This document shows positions 29,695 to 38,941 of a stretch of DNA of 64,000 bases, piece after piece. Every line of letters begins with the position of its first letter. The first letter of the stretch is position 1. The stretch spans positions 1,056,001-1,120,000 of the forward strand of contig OZ220732.1 in assembly GCA_965116905.1 (NCBI GenBank). Direction: 5' to 3'. This DNA comes from Longimicrobiales bacterium. Lineage in GTDB: Bacteria; Gemmatimonadota; Gemmatimonadetes; Longimicrobiales; Gaopeijiaceae. A program made the translations under genes and the position numbers. Below the pieces are notes generated by a model. It did not search any database, was not told where the DNA came from, and was given only the letters and a program-made list of their open reading frames with translations.

Positions 29695-32600
29695 GGTGAC
29701 CCTGGGCGCGGCCCTTGGAACGTTCGTTTCAGCGCCGGTTGCCGCAGGTGCCCAGTCGCAGGCGTCCACCGGTGTCATCCGTGGATCGGTGCTCGATCCG
29801 GCCGGTACGGCGGTCGCCGGCGCCGTCGTCCGGATGACCCACCGCGAGACCGGCTTGGTCACGACCGTGCTCACAACCCGTACCGGCACCTTTGTTCGTC
29901 CGCTTCTCCCGCTCGGCGGCTACGATGTGGTCGCCCAGGCCGACGACCAGCTCGGGTCGGCGAGCGCGCCCGGGCTCATCCTCCGCGTCGGAGAAGAGCT
30001 CAACCTTGCCCTGCGGTTCAGCGCGGTCGAACTCGAGGGGATTACGGTGGAGGGAAACCGCGAGCACATCGTGTACGCGGAAGACGTGACCAGCTCGACG
30101 CGGCTTTCCGAAGAGGTCGTGGACGGGCTTCCCAACAACGGCCGCAACTATCTGGATTTCGCGCTCCTGACGCCGGGCGTGGCGATTTCGCAGGGGCCCG
30201 ACGGCGACGAGCTCAACATCAGCGGCCAGCGCGGCATCTTCAACAACTTCATCGTCGATGGCGCCGACTTCAACAACCCCTTCTTCGGCGAGCAGCGGGG
30301 TGGCCAGCGTCCCGCCTTCACATTCAGCCAGGACGCGATCGAGGAGGTGGTGGTCGTCAATCAGGGAGCGTCGGCCGAGTTCGGGCGTTCGGCGGGCGGT
30401 TTCGTCAACGTGATCACCAAATCGGGGACCAACGAGCTGTCAGGGTCCGCGCACTACTTCGGGCAGTGGGACGGGGTCTCGGCGGCCTATCCCGTCGCCG
30501 CCCAGGCGGGTGAGCCGGATTTCCTGCGCAATCAGTTCGGTTTCACGCTGGGCGGGCCCATCGCGCGCGACCGCGCCTTCTTCTTCGTGGCCTACGACCA
30601 GCAGGAGGCGGCGGAGACAAAGCAGATGCATCGCGTGGTCGAGAACCCCGCGAACCTGGCGAAGCTGCAGGACTTCCTGACGTCGCAGTGGCCGGGGCTC
30701 TTCGAGAGCGAGTTCGGACCCATTTCCCGCACCGACGACGCGCGGGCGCTGCTTGCCAAGGCCGACTTCCATCTCGACGGGCGCAATCAGGTTTCCTTCA
30801 AGTACAACTACAACTGGTCGGAGCAGCTCAACGGGACTTTTGACGTCGATTCGTGGGGACTGTCGGCCAACGGGATCGAGATGGACGAGGCGCACGCCTT
30901 CAACGCCAGCTGGCGCTCGCTGCTGAGCAGTACGCTGTCGCACGAGCTCCGGGTGCAGTGGGCGCGCGAGGACCGCGTACGCTGGTACGACGGCCCGCTG
31001 ATGCCGGGAGCCACGCCCCCCGCGACGCCCCAGTTCGTCTCCCTTGGCGGCCGTCCGTTCCCGGATATCGGCATGGATTTCGCAGACGGCTTCCGAATCG
31101 GGCTGCCCTTCTTTCTTCCCATCGATCCTGCGTACGACACGCGCCTGCAGGTCGTGGACAACTGGTCCTGGCTCAGGGACCGGCACCTCTTCAAGGCGGG
31201 CATCGAGTACAACCGCACCGCCGTGTCGCAGCAGTTCATCGGGTTCGCCAACGGGCGCTACGTCTTCGATTCGGTCGACGGCTTCATCAACTTTGTGACG
31301 CACGGCAGCCGGTACGTCACCTGCTCGGACGGGTCCGACAGCGCCACGGGAAGCTGTCCCGAGGGCGCGGCCATCACCGGACCGGTGCTCCTGTATCTCC
31401 AGTCGGGAACCGTGCCCGGAGTGGCGCCGGAGCGTTTGGGCCTGGGGGACTTCGGCGTAAACGAGCTGGCGTTCTACCTGCAGGACACCTGGAAGCCGAA
31501 CGACCGGGTCACCCTGAACCTGGGCGTGCGCTGGGAGGGGACCTGGCACCCCCAGGTCGCCGTGCAGCCGAACGCGACCTTCTTTGCACCGTATCTGGGC
31601 GATCCCCGCTTCCCTTCGGACGGCACGATCCCCGACGATCTCGACAACTTCCAGCCGCGCCTCGGCCTTGCCTGGGACGTGTCCGGGGACGCGAGCACGG
31701 TGGTCCGACTCAACACCGGTGCCTACCACGCGCGCATACCCACATTGGTGTTCGCGCAGAGCGTAACCACCAACGGCGCCTTCCAGCAGATCTTCTTCCG
31801 CAACAGCTTCGGACTTCCGGAGCAGGGACCGCCCGCGGTCGGCGATCTTATCGACGGTAGCGCCACGGCGCCGTTCCTCCCCGACATTCATGTGACGGCG
31901 AAGGACCTGGAACTGCCCCGCACCTGGTCGTTCGCGGCCGCGGTCGAGCGGCAGCTGGCCGGCGAGGTGGCCTTCAGCGTTTCGTACCAGCACGCCCGGG
32001 GCGACAATCTCTTCCGCTTCGTCAACCGCAACGATGCGGCGTTCGGGTCGCCCTTCGGCCTGGGCACCCATTCGGGCGGCGGCGGCATCGGCACGCTCAC
32101 CGTGGCCGAGAGCACGGCGTTCTCGCGCTACCACGCGGTGACGGCCGGGCTGCGCGGCCAGGGTGCCTGGGGTGGGCGCCTGACCTTCGACCTCGGCTAC
32201 ACGCTGTCCTTCGACAGGTCCGACGACGACAACGAACGCGACCCCTTCACGTTCCGGTACGCGGACGCGTCCAGCCTGGCGCCGGAGTACGGCTGGTCAG
32301 ACCGGGATCGGCGGCACAAGCTCACCGGCTACCTGGCCTTCGACCTTCCCGGGAACGTTGCCTTCAACAACGTGGTGCGGTACCTGTCCGCGTCGCCGGT
32401 CTCGGAGAGCTGTGCCCGTCGCGGGGAGCGGGCCAGCCAGCCATCGGACCGGATCTGCACGGACGGCACGATCCTCGAGCGCAACACGCTGCGGCGCGCC
32501 AACGAGTTCTTCACCTGGGACATCAAGCTGTCACGCCCCTTCGAGATCGAGGGTGGCAGGAGCGTCGAGGCCGTCTTCGACGTCTTCAACCTCACCAACG

Positions 32601-32716
32601 CCGACAACTCGCTGGACACCGCCCAGGGCTCGCTCCTCTTCAACTTCGACGGGTCGATCCGAAGCGGCTTGGGGGATACGCGGCGGGCCCAGCTGGGAGC
32701 GCGGATCCGGTTTTAG
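29693..32716 (+). CDS. TonB-dependent receptor, Oar-like, with N-terminal carboxypeptidase-regulatory-like domain
   Basis: LPNNGRNYLDF, AEFGRSAGG, NQFGFTLGGPI, FQPRLGLAWD; C-terminal ARIRF; start 29654 or 29693. Confidence 0.9.
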   Translation: MVTLGAALGTFVSAPVAAGAQSQASTGVIRGSVLDPAGTAVAGAVVRMTHRETGLVTTVLTTRTGTFVRPLLPLGGYDVVAQADDQLGSASAPGLILRVGEELNLALRFSAVELEGITVEGNREHIVYAEDVTSSTRLSEEVVDGLPNNGRNYLDFALLTPGVAISQGPDGDELNISGQRGIFNNFIVDGADFNNPFFGEQRGGQRPAFTFSQDAIEEVVVVNQGASAEFGRSAGGFVNVITKSGTNELSGSAHYFGQWDGVSAAYPVAAQAGEPDFLRNQFGFTLGGPIARDRAFFFVAYDQQEAAETKQMHRVVENPANLAKLQDFLTSQWPGLFESEFGPISRTDDARALLAKADFHLDGRNQVSFKYNYNWSEQLNGTFDVDSWGLSANGIEMDEAHAFNASWRSLLSSTLSHELRVQWAREDRVRWYDGPLMPGATPPATPQFVSLGGRPFPDIGMDFADGFRIGLPFFLPIDPAYDTRLQVVDNWSWLRDRHLFKAGIEYNRTAVSQQFIGFANGRYVFDSVDGFINFVTHGSRYVTCSDGSDSATGSCPEGAAITGPVLLYLQSGTVPGVAPERLGLGDFGVNELAFYLQDTWKPNDRVTLNLGVRWEGTWHPQVAVQPNATFFAPYLGDPRFPSDGTIPDDLDNFQPRLGLAWDVSGDASTVVRLNTGAYHARIPTLVFAQSVTTNGAFQQIFFRNSFGLPEQGPPAVGDLIDGSATAPFLPDIHVTAKDLELPRTWSFAAAVERQLAGEVAFSVSYQHARGDNLFRFVNRNDAAFGSPFGLGTHSGGGGIGTLTVAESTAFSRYHAVTAGLRGQGAWGGRLTFDLGYTLSFDRSDDDNERDPFTFRYADASSLAPEYGWSDRDRRHKLTGYLAFDLPGNVAFNNVVRYLSASPVSESCARRGERASQPSDRICTDGTILERNTLRRANEFFTWDIKLSRPFEIEGGRSVEAVFDVFNLTNADNSLDTAQGSLLFNFDGSIRSGLGDTRRAQLGARIRF

Positions 32717-32908
32717 GGGTAGAGCCGGTCGCACCGGTTGTGGAGTAGCCCCTCGCATGCCGTCGTTCTCTCCCATGCCGTCGTTCTCTTGGTTTACTTT
32801 ATGTCGTAACCTGAACTAACAGCACGACGGCAGATACACGGCCCGGGATAGGCCCCCTTCACCTGTCCACGCGCACGGCCAGGATGTCCACGTTGTGGGC
32901 CCTCCTCT

Positions 32909-34075
32909 CTACGACTTCGGAATGTTGTCCGGATCCACGAACGGCTTCAGCACCACGGCGGCCTCCCGCTCCCCGTCCGGCGTGGCCACCCGCAGCCGCG
33001 TCCCCAACTCCGCGAACGCCGTAGGCACCATCGCGTAGCCGATATTCCGCTTCAGCCGAGGCGACCACACCGCCGACGTGACGAAGCCGATCGCCTCGCC
33101 GCCGCCCTCGCCCCCGGGACCGTCCGTCCACACCGGCCACCGCGCCATGTTGAGGTCGAGCGGCGCCCCCGCGATCTCGACGCCCGCCAGCCGCCGCCGG
33201 GGCCCCTCGGCCGCGATCCGCGCCAGCGCCTCCTGGCCGATGAAGTCGCCGTCCTGCCCGTCGTCCACCTGCCACCCCAACCCGACCTCGTACGGATTCG
33301 TGTCCAGGGTCATGTCGATCCCGTAGTTCAGGATCCCGGCCTCGATCCGCCGGATGTCGGACGGGCCGGTCGGCGCAATGTCCAGATCGGCGCCCGCCTC
33401 CATCACCCTGTCCCACAGCTCCACCCCCCGGCTTCCGTCACGGAGGTAGATCTCGTAGCCGACCTCACCGCTCCATCCGGTCCGCGTCACCACCACGGGA
33501 ATGCCGTCCAGGTCGGTCTCCGCGAACCAGTAGTAGCGCAGCCCCGAGACGGCGTCTCCGAAGAGCCTTCGCACGACCTCCTTCGACTTCGGCCCCTGCA
33601 CCTGCATCGGCGACACATCGGGCTCGCAAAGCCGCACATCCAGCCCCGAATGCAGCGCCACGCCCTTCGCCCACAGCAGCACGTCGCTGTCCGCCAGCGC
33701 CAGCCAGAAGTGATTCTCGCCCAGCCGCAGGAGCACCGGATCGTTCACGATGCCCCCGTCCTCGGCCGTGATCAGCACGTACTTCCCCTGCCCGACGGCG
33801 CACTTCGACAGGTCCCGCGGCGTCAGCAGGTTCGTGAACGCGAACGCGTCCGGTCCGGTGATCTCGACCTGCCGCTCGACGCTCACGTCCCACACCGTGA
33901 CCCCCGTCCGCAGCCTCTCGTACTCGGCGTGCAGGTCGTCGTACCGCGTGGGCAGAAACATGTGGTTGTAGACCGTGTAGGCGCGGCAGCCGGCGCGCAG
34001 CGTGGCGTCGAAGTACGGGGAACGGCGGAGCCGGGCGCCGCGCTGGATGAGGGCCATGTCGAAGGAGGGCGTCAT
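32909..34075 (-). CDS. GcvT-like aminomethyltransferase/THF-dependent demethylase (DmdA-related)
   Basis: YTVYNHM, WDVSVERQ, NDPV, QGP, TRTGWSGEVGYE, RIEAG motifs; AGGAG RBS. Confidence 0.85.
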   Translation of the reverse strand: MTPSFDMALIQRGARLRRSPYFDATLRAGCRAYTVYNHMFLPTRYDDLHAEYERLRTGVTVWDVSVERQVEITGPDAFAFTNLLTPRDLSKCAVGQGKYVLITAEDGGIVNDPVLLRLGENHFWLALADSDVLLWAKGVALHSGLDVRLCEPDVSPMQVQGPKSKEVVRRLFGDAVSGLRYYWFAETDLDGIPVVVTRTGWSGEVGYEIYLRDGSRGVELWDRVMEAGADLDIAPTGPSDIRRIEAGILNYGIDMTLDTNPYEVGLGWQVDDGQDGDFIGQEALARIAAEGPRRRLAGVEIAGAPLDLNMARWPVWTDGPGGEGGGEAIGFVTSAVWSPRLKRNIGYAMVPTAFAELGTRLRVATPDGEREAAVVLKPFVDPDNIPKS

Positions 34076-34190
34076 TCAGGGTGTCTCCTGGAGTTGGGGA
34101 TCCGGGGTTGGGAATGGGGGTTGAGGAATAGGGGTCGAGGAGATTGTGAAGATTTTCACGAGTGCTGGCAGTCGTCCGCGGGCTATTAGG

Positions 34191-35864
34191 TCATCGCGCC
34201 ACCTGCTTCCGTTCGCGCAAGATTGCGCCTGCGGCAAGACGGCCCGGTCCTCCCGTCACGCCCCCTCCCGGGTGGCACCCCGAGCCGCACAGGAACAGAC
34301 CGTCCACCGGCGTCGCGTACCGCGCCCAACCCGCGATTGGGCGCATGAAGAGCATCTGGTCGAGTCCCATCTGGCCATGGTATTCGTCGCCATTGGTGAG
34401 ACCCGGTTCGGTTTCGAGGTCGAGCGGCGTGAGCAGGCGCTGGTCAACGATGCGGTCGCGCATGCCGGGAAGAAAGTCGTCGAGGACGGTGAGGACGTTG
34501 GAGAGGAGGGCGTCGCGGGCCGCATCGTCCTCCCACCGGCCCTCGCGCAGGCGGTAGGGCGCGTAACGCACCTGGATCGAGGCCAGGTGGCGGCCGTCGG
34601 ACGCGAGCGTGGCGTCGTGCAGCGTGGGCATCACCATGTCGAGGTGCGGGCGGGCCGAGGCGCGGCCATACTTGGCGTCGTCGCTGGCGCGTTCCAGGTA
34701 GTCCACGGTGGGGGCCACCAGGGTGTGGCCGGCCAGCCGTTCGGCCGCGTCCGGGAGTGGTGGAAGGTCGTCGAGCAGCAGGTGCAGGACTGCCGTGGTG
34801 CCGAGCAGCTGGATGTTGGCCACCTTGCGGTTGAACTCGGGGCCGAGTTGCGGCGCGCCCACCAGCCCGAAGAAGGTGCGTCGGGGATCGGCGCCCGAGA
34901 TCACGCAGTGCGCGGCGATCTCTTGCCCGTCGGCCAGCGCCACCCCGGTCGCGGTCCCGTCCTCGACGAGAATGCGCGCGACCTCGGTGTGCGTGCGGAC
35001 CTCTGCCCCGTGCGCCTGCGCCGCCGCGGCCAGCGCGGTGGAGAGCGTCCCTATCCCGCCCTTCACGAACGCCGACGAGCGGAAGCCGTGGGGTTCGCAC
35101 CCCGTGGCGTGGTAGAGCATCCGCAACGCGCCGCCCATGGCGCTCGGGCCGTGACGGGAGCCCGCCAGCGCGGTGCTGGCGAGCATTCCCTTGAGGGCGT
35201 CGCTCTCGAACCAGTCGTCGAGGAGGTCTCGGGCCGGGAGCGGTGCGACGCGCAGCAGTTCCACGACCGTGCGCTTGCCGAGCCTGCCCGCCTGGATGAG
35301 GGGGCGGAGGAGACGGAGCCGCTCGTGGGGCGTCATGTCGTGCGGGGCGGGGGCAGGGTGGTCCAGGGCGACGCGCAGTACCCGCGCCATGGTGCGCAGA
35401 TGGTCGGCCCAGTCGGGGAAGCGGGCCGCGTCCGTGCGGTCGTGGCGGGCGATCTCATCGCGTGTGCGCGCGGGGTCGCGCCACAGGGTGAGGGCCTCGC
35501 CGCCGCCGGTCAGCGAGGTCGCCAGCGCGGGGGGACGGACCCAGGCGAGGCCGTGGGCGGCGAGGCCCAGCTCGGCGGCGAGGTCGCGGCCGGGCCCGGA
35601 GCCAGGACCGGAGCCGGGTCCGGAGGCGGGACCGGGTCCGGGGCCGGAGCCGAGGCGAGAGCCGGAGCCCGCCGGGAAGAGTCCCGCGTCCTGCGCGGCC
35701 ACGTTGACGGCGCAGCCGGGGAAGATCTCCGCCGTCGAGGCGGCGCCCCCCAGGACTGCACGCCGCTCCAGCACGAGGACCTTCCACCTCTCGCAGGCGA
35801 GCCGGGCGGCCGTTACCAGTGCGTTGTGACCGCCTCCCACGATGACCGCGTCGTACTGCTTCAC
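34191..35864 (-). CDS. Phytoene-dehydrogenase-like FAD oxidoreductase (subunit 2)
   Basis: YDAVIVGGGHN, LGGAA, GSGCHPGGGVTG; GTG start overlaps upstream TGA. Confidence 0.85.
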   Translation of the reverse strand: MKQYDAVIVGGGHNALVTAARLACERWKVLVLERRAVLGGAASTAEIFPGCAVNVAAQDAGLFPAGSGSRLGSGPGPGPASGPGSGPGSGPGRDLAAELGLAAHGLAWVRPPALATSLTGGGEALTLWRDPARTRDEIARHDRTDAARFPDWADHLRTMARVLRVALDHPAPAPHDMTPHERLRLLRPLIQAGRLGKRTVVELLRVAPLPARDLLDDWFESDALKGMLASTALAGSRHGPSAMGGALRMLYHATGCEPHGFRSSAFVKGGIGTLSTALAAAAQAHGAEVRTHTEVARILVEDGTATGVALADGQEIAAHCVISGADPRRTFFGLVGAPQLGPEFNRKVANIQLLGTTAVLHLLLDDLPPLPDAAERLAGHTLVAPTVDYLERASDDAKYGRASARPHLDMVMPTLHDATLASDGRHLASIQVRYAPYRLREGRWEDDAARDALLSNVLTVLDDFLPGMRDRIVDQRLLTPLDLETEPGLTNGDEYHGQMGLDQMLFMRPIAGWARYATPVDGLFLCGSGCHPGGGVTGGPGRLAAGAILRERKQVAR

Positions 35865-37486
35865 CTCCCCCTCCTCCCCCGGCCAAACCCCCGCCGAAGA
35901 TCCTTCAGCACTCTGCCCGCGGCGAGCTTGCCCGGCGCTCCCATGATCCCGCCGCCCGGGTGCGTGCCCGAGCCGCACTGGTAGTAGCCGCGCACCGGGG
36001 TCCGGTAGCCCGCGTAGCCGGCGGCCGGACGGAGGAAGAAGAGCTGCGACGGCGTCAGCTCGCCCTGGAAGATGTTGCCCTGGGTGAGGCCCGTGGTGCG
36101 CTCGATGTCGAGCGGCGTGACGACCTGACGGTGCAGGATGATGTCCTTCAGGTTGGGGATGTAGCGGGTCAGCGTGTCGATGACGGTGTCGCCGAAGGCC
36201 TCGCGCTTCTCGTCCCAGGTGCCGTCGCGCAGCTCGTAGGGGGCGTACTGGACGAAGCAGGACATCACGTGCTTGCCGGGCGGCGCCATGGCTGGATCGA
36301 TCGCCGAGGGGATGACGATGTCGATGTAGGGTTCGCGGGAGAAGTCGCCGTACCTGGCGTCGTCGTAGGCGCGTTCGAGGTAGTCGATGGACGGGCTGAT
36401 CGAGACGGCGCCGCGCAGGTGGGGTCCGTGGCCGGGCATGCACGTGAAGTCGGGGGCGGTGTCGAGCGCCAGGTTGACCTTGCCGCTGGAGCCGCGGAAG
36501 CGGTAGCCGCGCACGGCGCCTAGCAGGTCGTCGGGGAGCGCGCTTTCGTCGACCAGGTCGAGGAAGGTGCGGTGTGGGTCGAGGCTGGAGGAGACCACCT
36601 TGGCGTGCAGTTCGTCGCCGTTGGCGAGCGCCACGCCCTGGACACGCCCGTTCTTCACCAATGCCCGTGCCACGGGCGCGCCGGTCCGGATCTCGGCTCC
36701 CGCCTCGCGCGCTGCGGACGCGATCGCGTTTGCCACGGCCCCGGTCCCACCCTTGGCGAAGCCCCAGGCACGAAAATGGCCGTCGATCTCGCCCATGTAG
36801 TGGTGCAGCAGGACGTAAGCAGTGCCCGGCGAGCGCGGGCCCAGGAAGGTGCCGATGATCCCGCTGGCCGACAGGGTGGCCTTGAGCACGTCGGTCTCGA
36901 ACCACTCGTCGACGAAATCCGCCGCGCTCATCGTCATGAGCTTGACGAGCAGGTGAAGCTGGTCGGGCTCGAGGTCGAGGAAGTGCCGGGCCAGGCCGAG
37001 CAGGCCGCGGATGTCGCCCGGCCCCAGCCGTCCGGGATCGGGAGGAGCGATGCCGAGCAGGTGCTTCACGGCGCGCGCCATGTAGAAGAGCGATCGCCCG
37101 TACTCGTCGTAGGCTTCGGCGTCGCGGATCGAAAAGCGGGCGATCTCGCGCCAGGTGCGGTGGTGGTCCGCGTCGCGGTAGAGGCGGTCGCCGTCCGGCA
37201 GCGGGGTCAGGGTGCTCTCGAGCGGCAGGATGGCGAGCCCGTGGCGCGGCAGGTCCAGTTCGCGGATGATGTCGGGACGCATCAGGCTGACCACGTACGA
37301 GAACACGCTGTACCGGAAGCCCGGGAAGATCTCCTCGGTGACGGTGGCGCCGCCGACCAGCGGCCGGGCTTCGAGGACGCACACGTCCAGGCCCGCGCGC
37401 GCCAGGTACGCGGCGTGGACGAGGCCGTTGTGCCCGCCGCCGATGACGATTGCGTCGTACCTGCGGGCGATGCGTTTGCCGGCCAT
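35861..37486 (-). CDS. Phytoene-dehydrogenase-like FAD oxidoreductase (subunit 1, PYROXD2-like)
   Basis: YDAIVIGGGHNGL, VGGATVTEE, GSGTHPGGGIMG motifs. Confidence 0.88.
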   Translation of the reverse strand: MAGKRIARRYDAIVIGGGHNGLVHAAYLARAGLDVCVLEARPLVGGATVTEEIFPGFRYSVFSYVVSLMRPDIIRELDLPRHGLAILPLESTLTPLPDGDRLYRDADHHRTWREIARFSIRDAEAYDEYGRSLFYMARAVKHLLGIAPPDPGRLGPGDIRGLLGLARHFLDLEPDQLHLLVKLMTMSAADFVDEWFETDVLKATLSASGIIGTFLGPRSPGTAYVLLHHYMGEIDGHFRAWGFAKGGTGAVANAIASAAREAGAEIRTGAPVARALVKNGRVQGVALANGDELHAKVVSSSLDPHRTFLDLVDESALPDDLLGAVRGYRFRGSSGKVNLALDTAPDFTCMPGHGPHLRGAVSISPSIDYLERAYDDARYGDFSREPYIDIVIPSAIDPAMAPPGKHVMSCFVQYAPYELRDGTWDEKREAFGDTVIDTLTRYIPNLKDIILHRQVVTPLDIERTTGLTQGNIFQGELTPSQLFFLRPAAGYAGYRTPVRGYYQCGSGTHPGGGIMGAPGKLAAGRVLKDLRRGFGRGRRGR

Positions 37487-37491
37487 CCTGC

Positions 37492-38706
37492 TCACGCGCG
37501 CTTGCGCGCCGGGTCGAAGAACGGCGTCGGGACGACGCGCGCGGGGACCCTCTGGCGCACGAACTCGACCGTCAGTTCGATCTCGATGCGGCTGCCCGGC
37601 TTCGCGAAGTCGCGGCGGATGGTGGCCAGCGCGATGTACTTCTTGAGGATCGGCGAGAAGGTGGCGCTGGTGACGTAGCCGATCTGCAGGCCCGCGGCCC
37701 CGCCCCGGCGCCCGCGCTCGTAGATCGGCAGGGCGTCGCGCGAGGCACGGCCCGCGACCAGCGGCGGCAGTCCCACGGCGGCGAAGCGTTCCTCGATGCA
37801 TGGCCAGTCGGCCTCGAGTCCGGCGAGCGCCCACTCCGACGGCTTGGCCGCCTCACGCTCGAGCGCCCTCCGGCCCACGAAATCGCGGCCCGGCTCCGGC
37901 TGGACCGTCCACCCGAGGCCGGCCTCATAGGGCGATGACTTGCGCGACTCGATCAGCGCCGACCAGCTCGACACGTAGTCCACTTCCTTCAGCAACAACC
38001 CGGCTTCGATGCGGGCGACATCCAGCGCGTCGAGTCCGGCGGGCGCGATGCCGTAGCCGCGGCCGATCTCCATGAGTGCGTCCCATACGGCGAGCGCGTG
38101 CTCGGGCGGCATCCAGATCTCGTAGCCCAGGTCGCCGGTGTAGCCCGTGCGGGTGAGCGTGACCGGGGCCGTGCCGATATGGCCCCCGGTCAGCGCGAAA
38201 TACGGGAGCGAGGCGATGTCCGCGCCGGTCACGAGCCGCGTGAGAATGTCCCGCGAGGTGGGGCCCTGGAGCGCGAGAGCCGCGAGGTCGAGGGTAATGT
38301 CGCGCACGGCCGCGTCCATCCCGAGCGCGCAGTCCTGGAACCAGCGCAGGCACGGGTCGGCGGCGGTGATGCGGAAGGTGTCGGCGCCCAGGCGTTGCAC
38401 GGTGCCGTCGTCGATGAGCTTGCCGGCCTCGTCGCACCAGGGCGTGTAGAGCACCCGTCCCACCGGGCAGTCGAGGGCGCTCCGGGTCACCACGCGATCC
38501 AGGAGCGCGGCCGCGTCAGCCCCCGCGACCTCGTACTTGCGCAGCGGCGAGACATCGAAGAGCGCCGCCCCGCTGCGCACGGCATAGTACTCGTACTCGT
38601 GGCCGGGCTCGTAGCTCAGCGCCGCGGCGTACCCGGCCCAGTTGCGCCAGCGGCGGCTGCGGCAGAGGAGGGCGGTGCGCGGGTGGAAGGGGGTTTCGAG
38701 GAGCAT
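37492..38706 (-). CDS. GcvT-like aminomethyltransferase family protein
   Basis: TPFHPR, FDVSPL, IDDG, QGP, TRTGYTGDLGYE, ARIEAG, PFFDP motifs. Confidence 0.88.
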   Translation of the reverse strand: MLLETPFHPRTALLCRSRRWRNWAGYAAALSYEPGHEYEYYAVRSGAALFDVSPLRKYEVAGADAAALLDRVVTRSALDCPVGRVLYTPWCDEAGKLIDDGTVQRLGADTFRITAADPCLRWFQDCALGMDAAVRDITLDLAALALQGPTSRDILTRLVTGADIASLPYFALTGGHIGTAPVTLTRTGYTGDLGYEIWMPPEHALAVWDALMEIGRGYGIAPAGLDALDVARIEAGLLLKEVDYVSSWSALIESRKSSPYEAGLGWTVQPEPGRDFVGRRALEREAAKPSEWALAGLEADWPCIEERFAAVGLPPLVAGRASRDALPIYERGRRGGAAGLQIGYVTSATFSPILKKYIALATIRRDFAKPGSRIEIELTVEFVRQRVPARVVPTPFFDPARKRA

Positions 38707-38795
38707 GGCGGGGAACTTTGTCGCGAACCGAGAGGACGGCAAGGTGGGAACCGAGGGCTTCCGGAGATTCCGCCAAGGAGGGCTACGCCCCAACT

Positions 38796-38887
38796 GCGTT
38801 GAATATTTGTTCCCAAGAGCGTTGTAATCGTGTTTATGTATTCGTTGTAATGCTGTCTCTAAGAGCGTTGAAACTGTGTCTCCGTTC
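38796..38887 (+). repeat. AT-rich array of four degenerate 23-bp direct repeats
   Basis: CGTTG at 38797, 38820, 38843, 38866; TGT at positions 13-15 of every unit. Confidence 0.8.
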
Positions 38888-38941
38888 TGTTAATCTACTC
38901 CATCACAGCCCGTAGCAACCTCTGCTCCAGGAGCGCTTAGC

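Noticed and set aside
32798..32809. Third site of the TTTTGTCGTAT motif (TTTATGTCGTAA)
   Set aside because: Single degenerate copy lacking the CCG, located between convergent genes
32909..34075. Naming the gene dmdA or gcvT
   Set aside because: It shares YTVYNHM with DmdA but has GPSDIRRIE rather than the CPN..ER.E-type motif I recall for DmdA; there is no gcvH/gcvP; a phylogeny is needed
34191..37382. 1063-aa ORF as a fusion or programmed frameshift
   Set aside because: The N-terminal half is an off-frame shadow of the upstream gene; the real gene starts at GTG 35864 with its own RBS and FAD motif
34191..37486. Carotenoid biosynthesis (crtI)
   Set aside because: No crtB/crtE nearby; the GcvT-like context points to catabolism
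38796..38887. CRISPR array
   Set aside because: The 23-bp period leaves no room for spacers, the repeats are degenerate, and there are no cas genes
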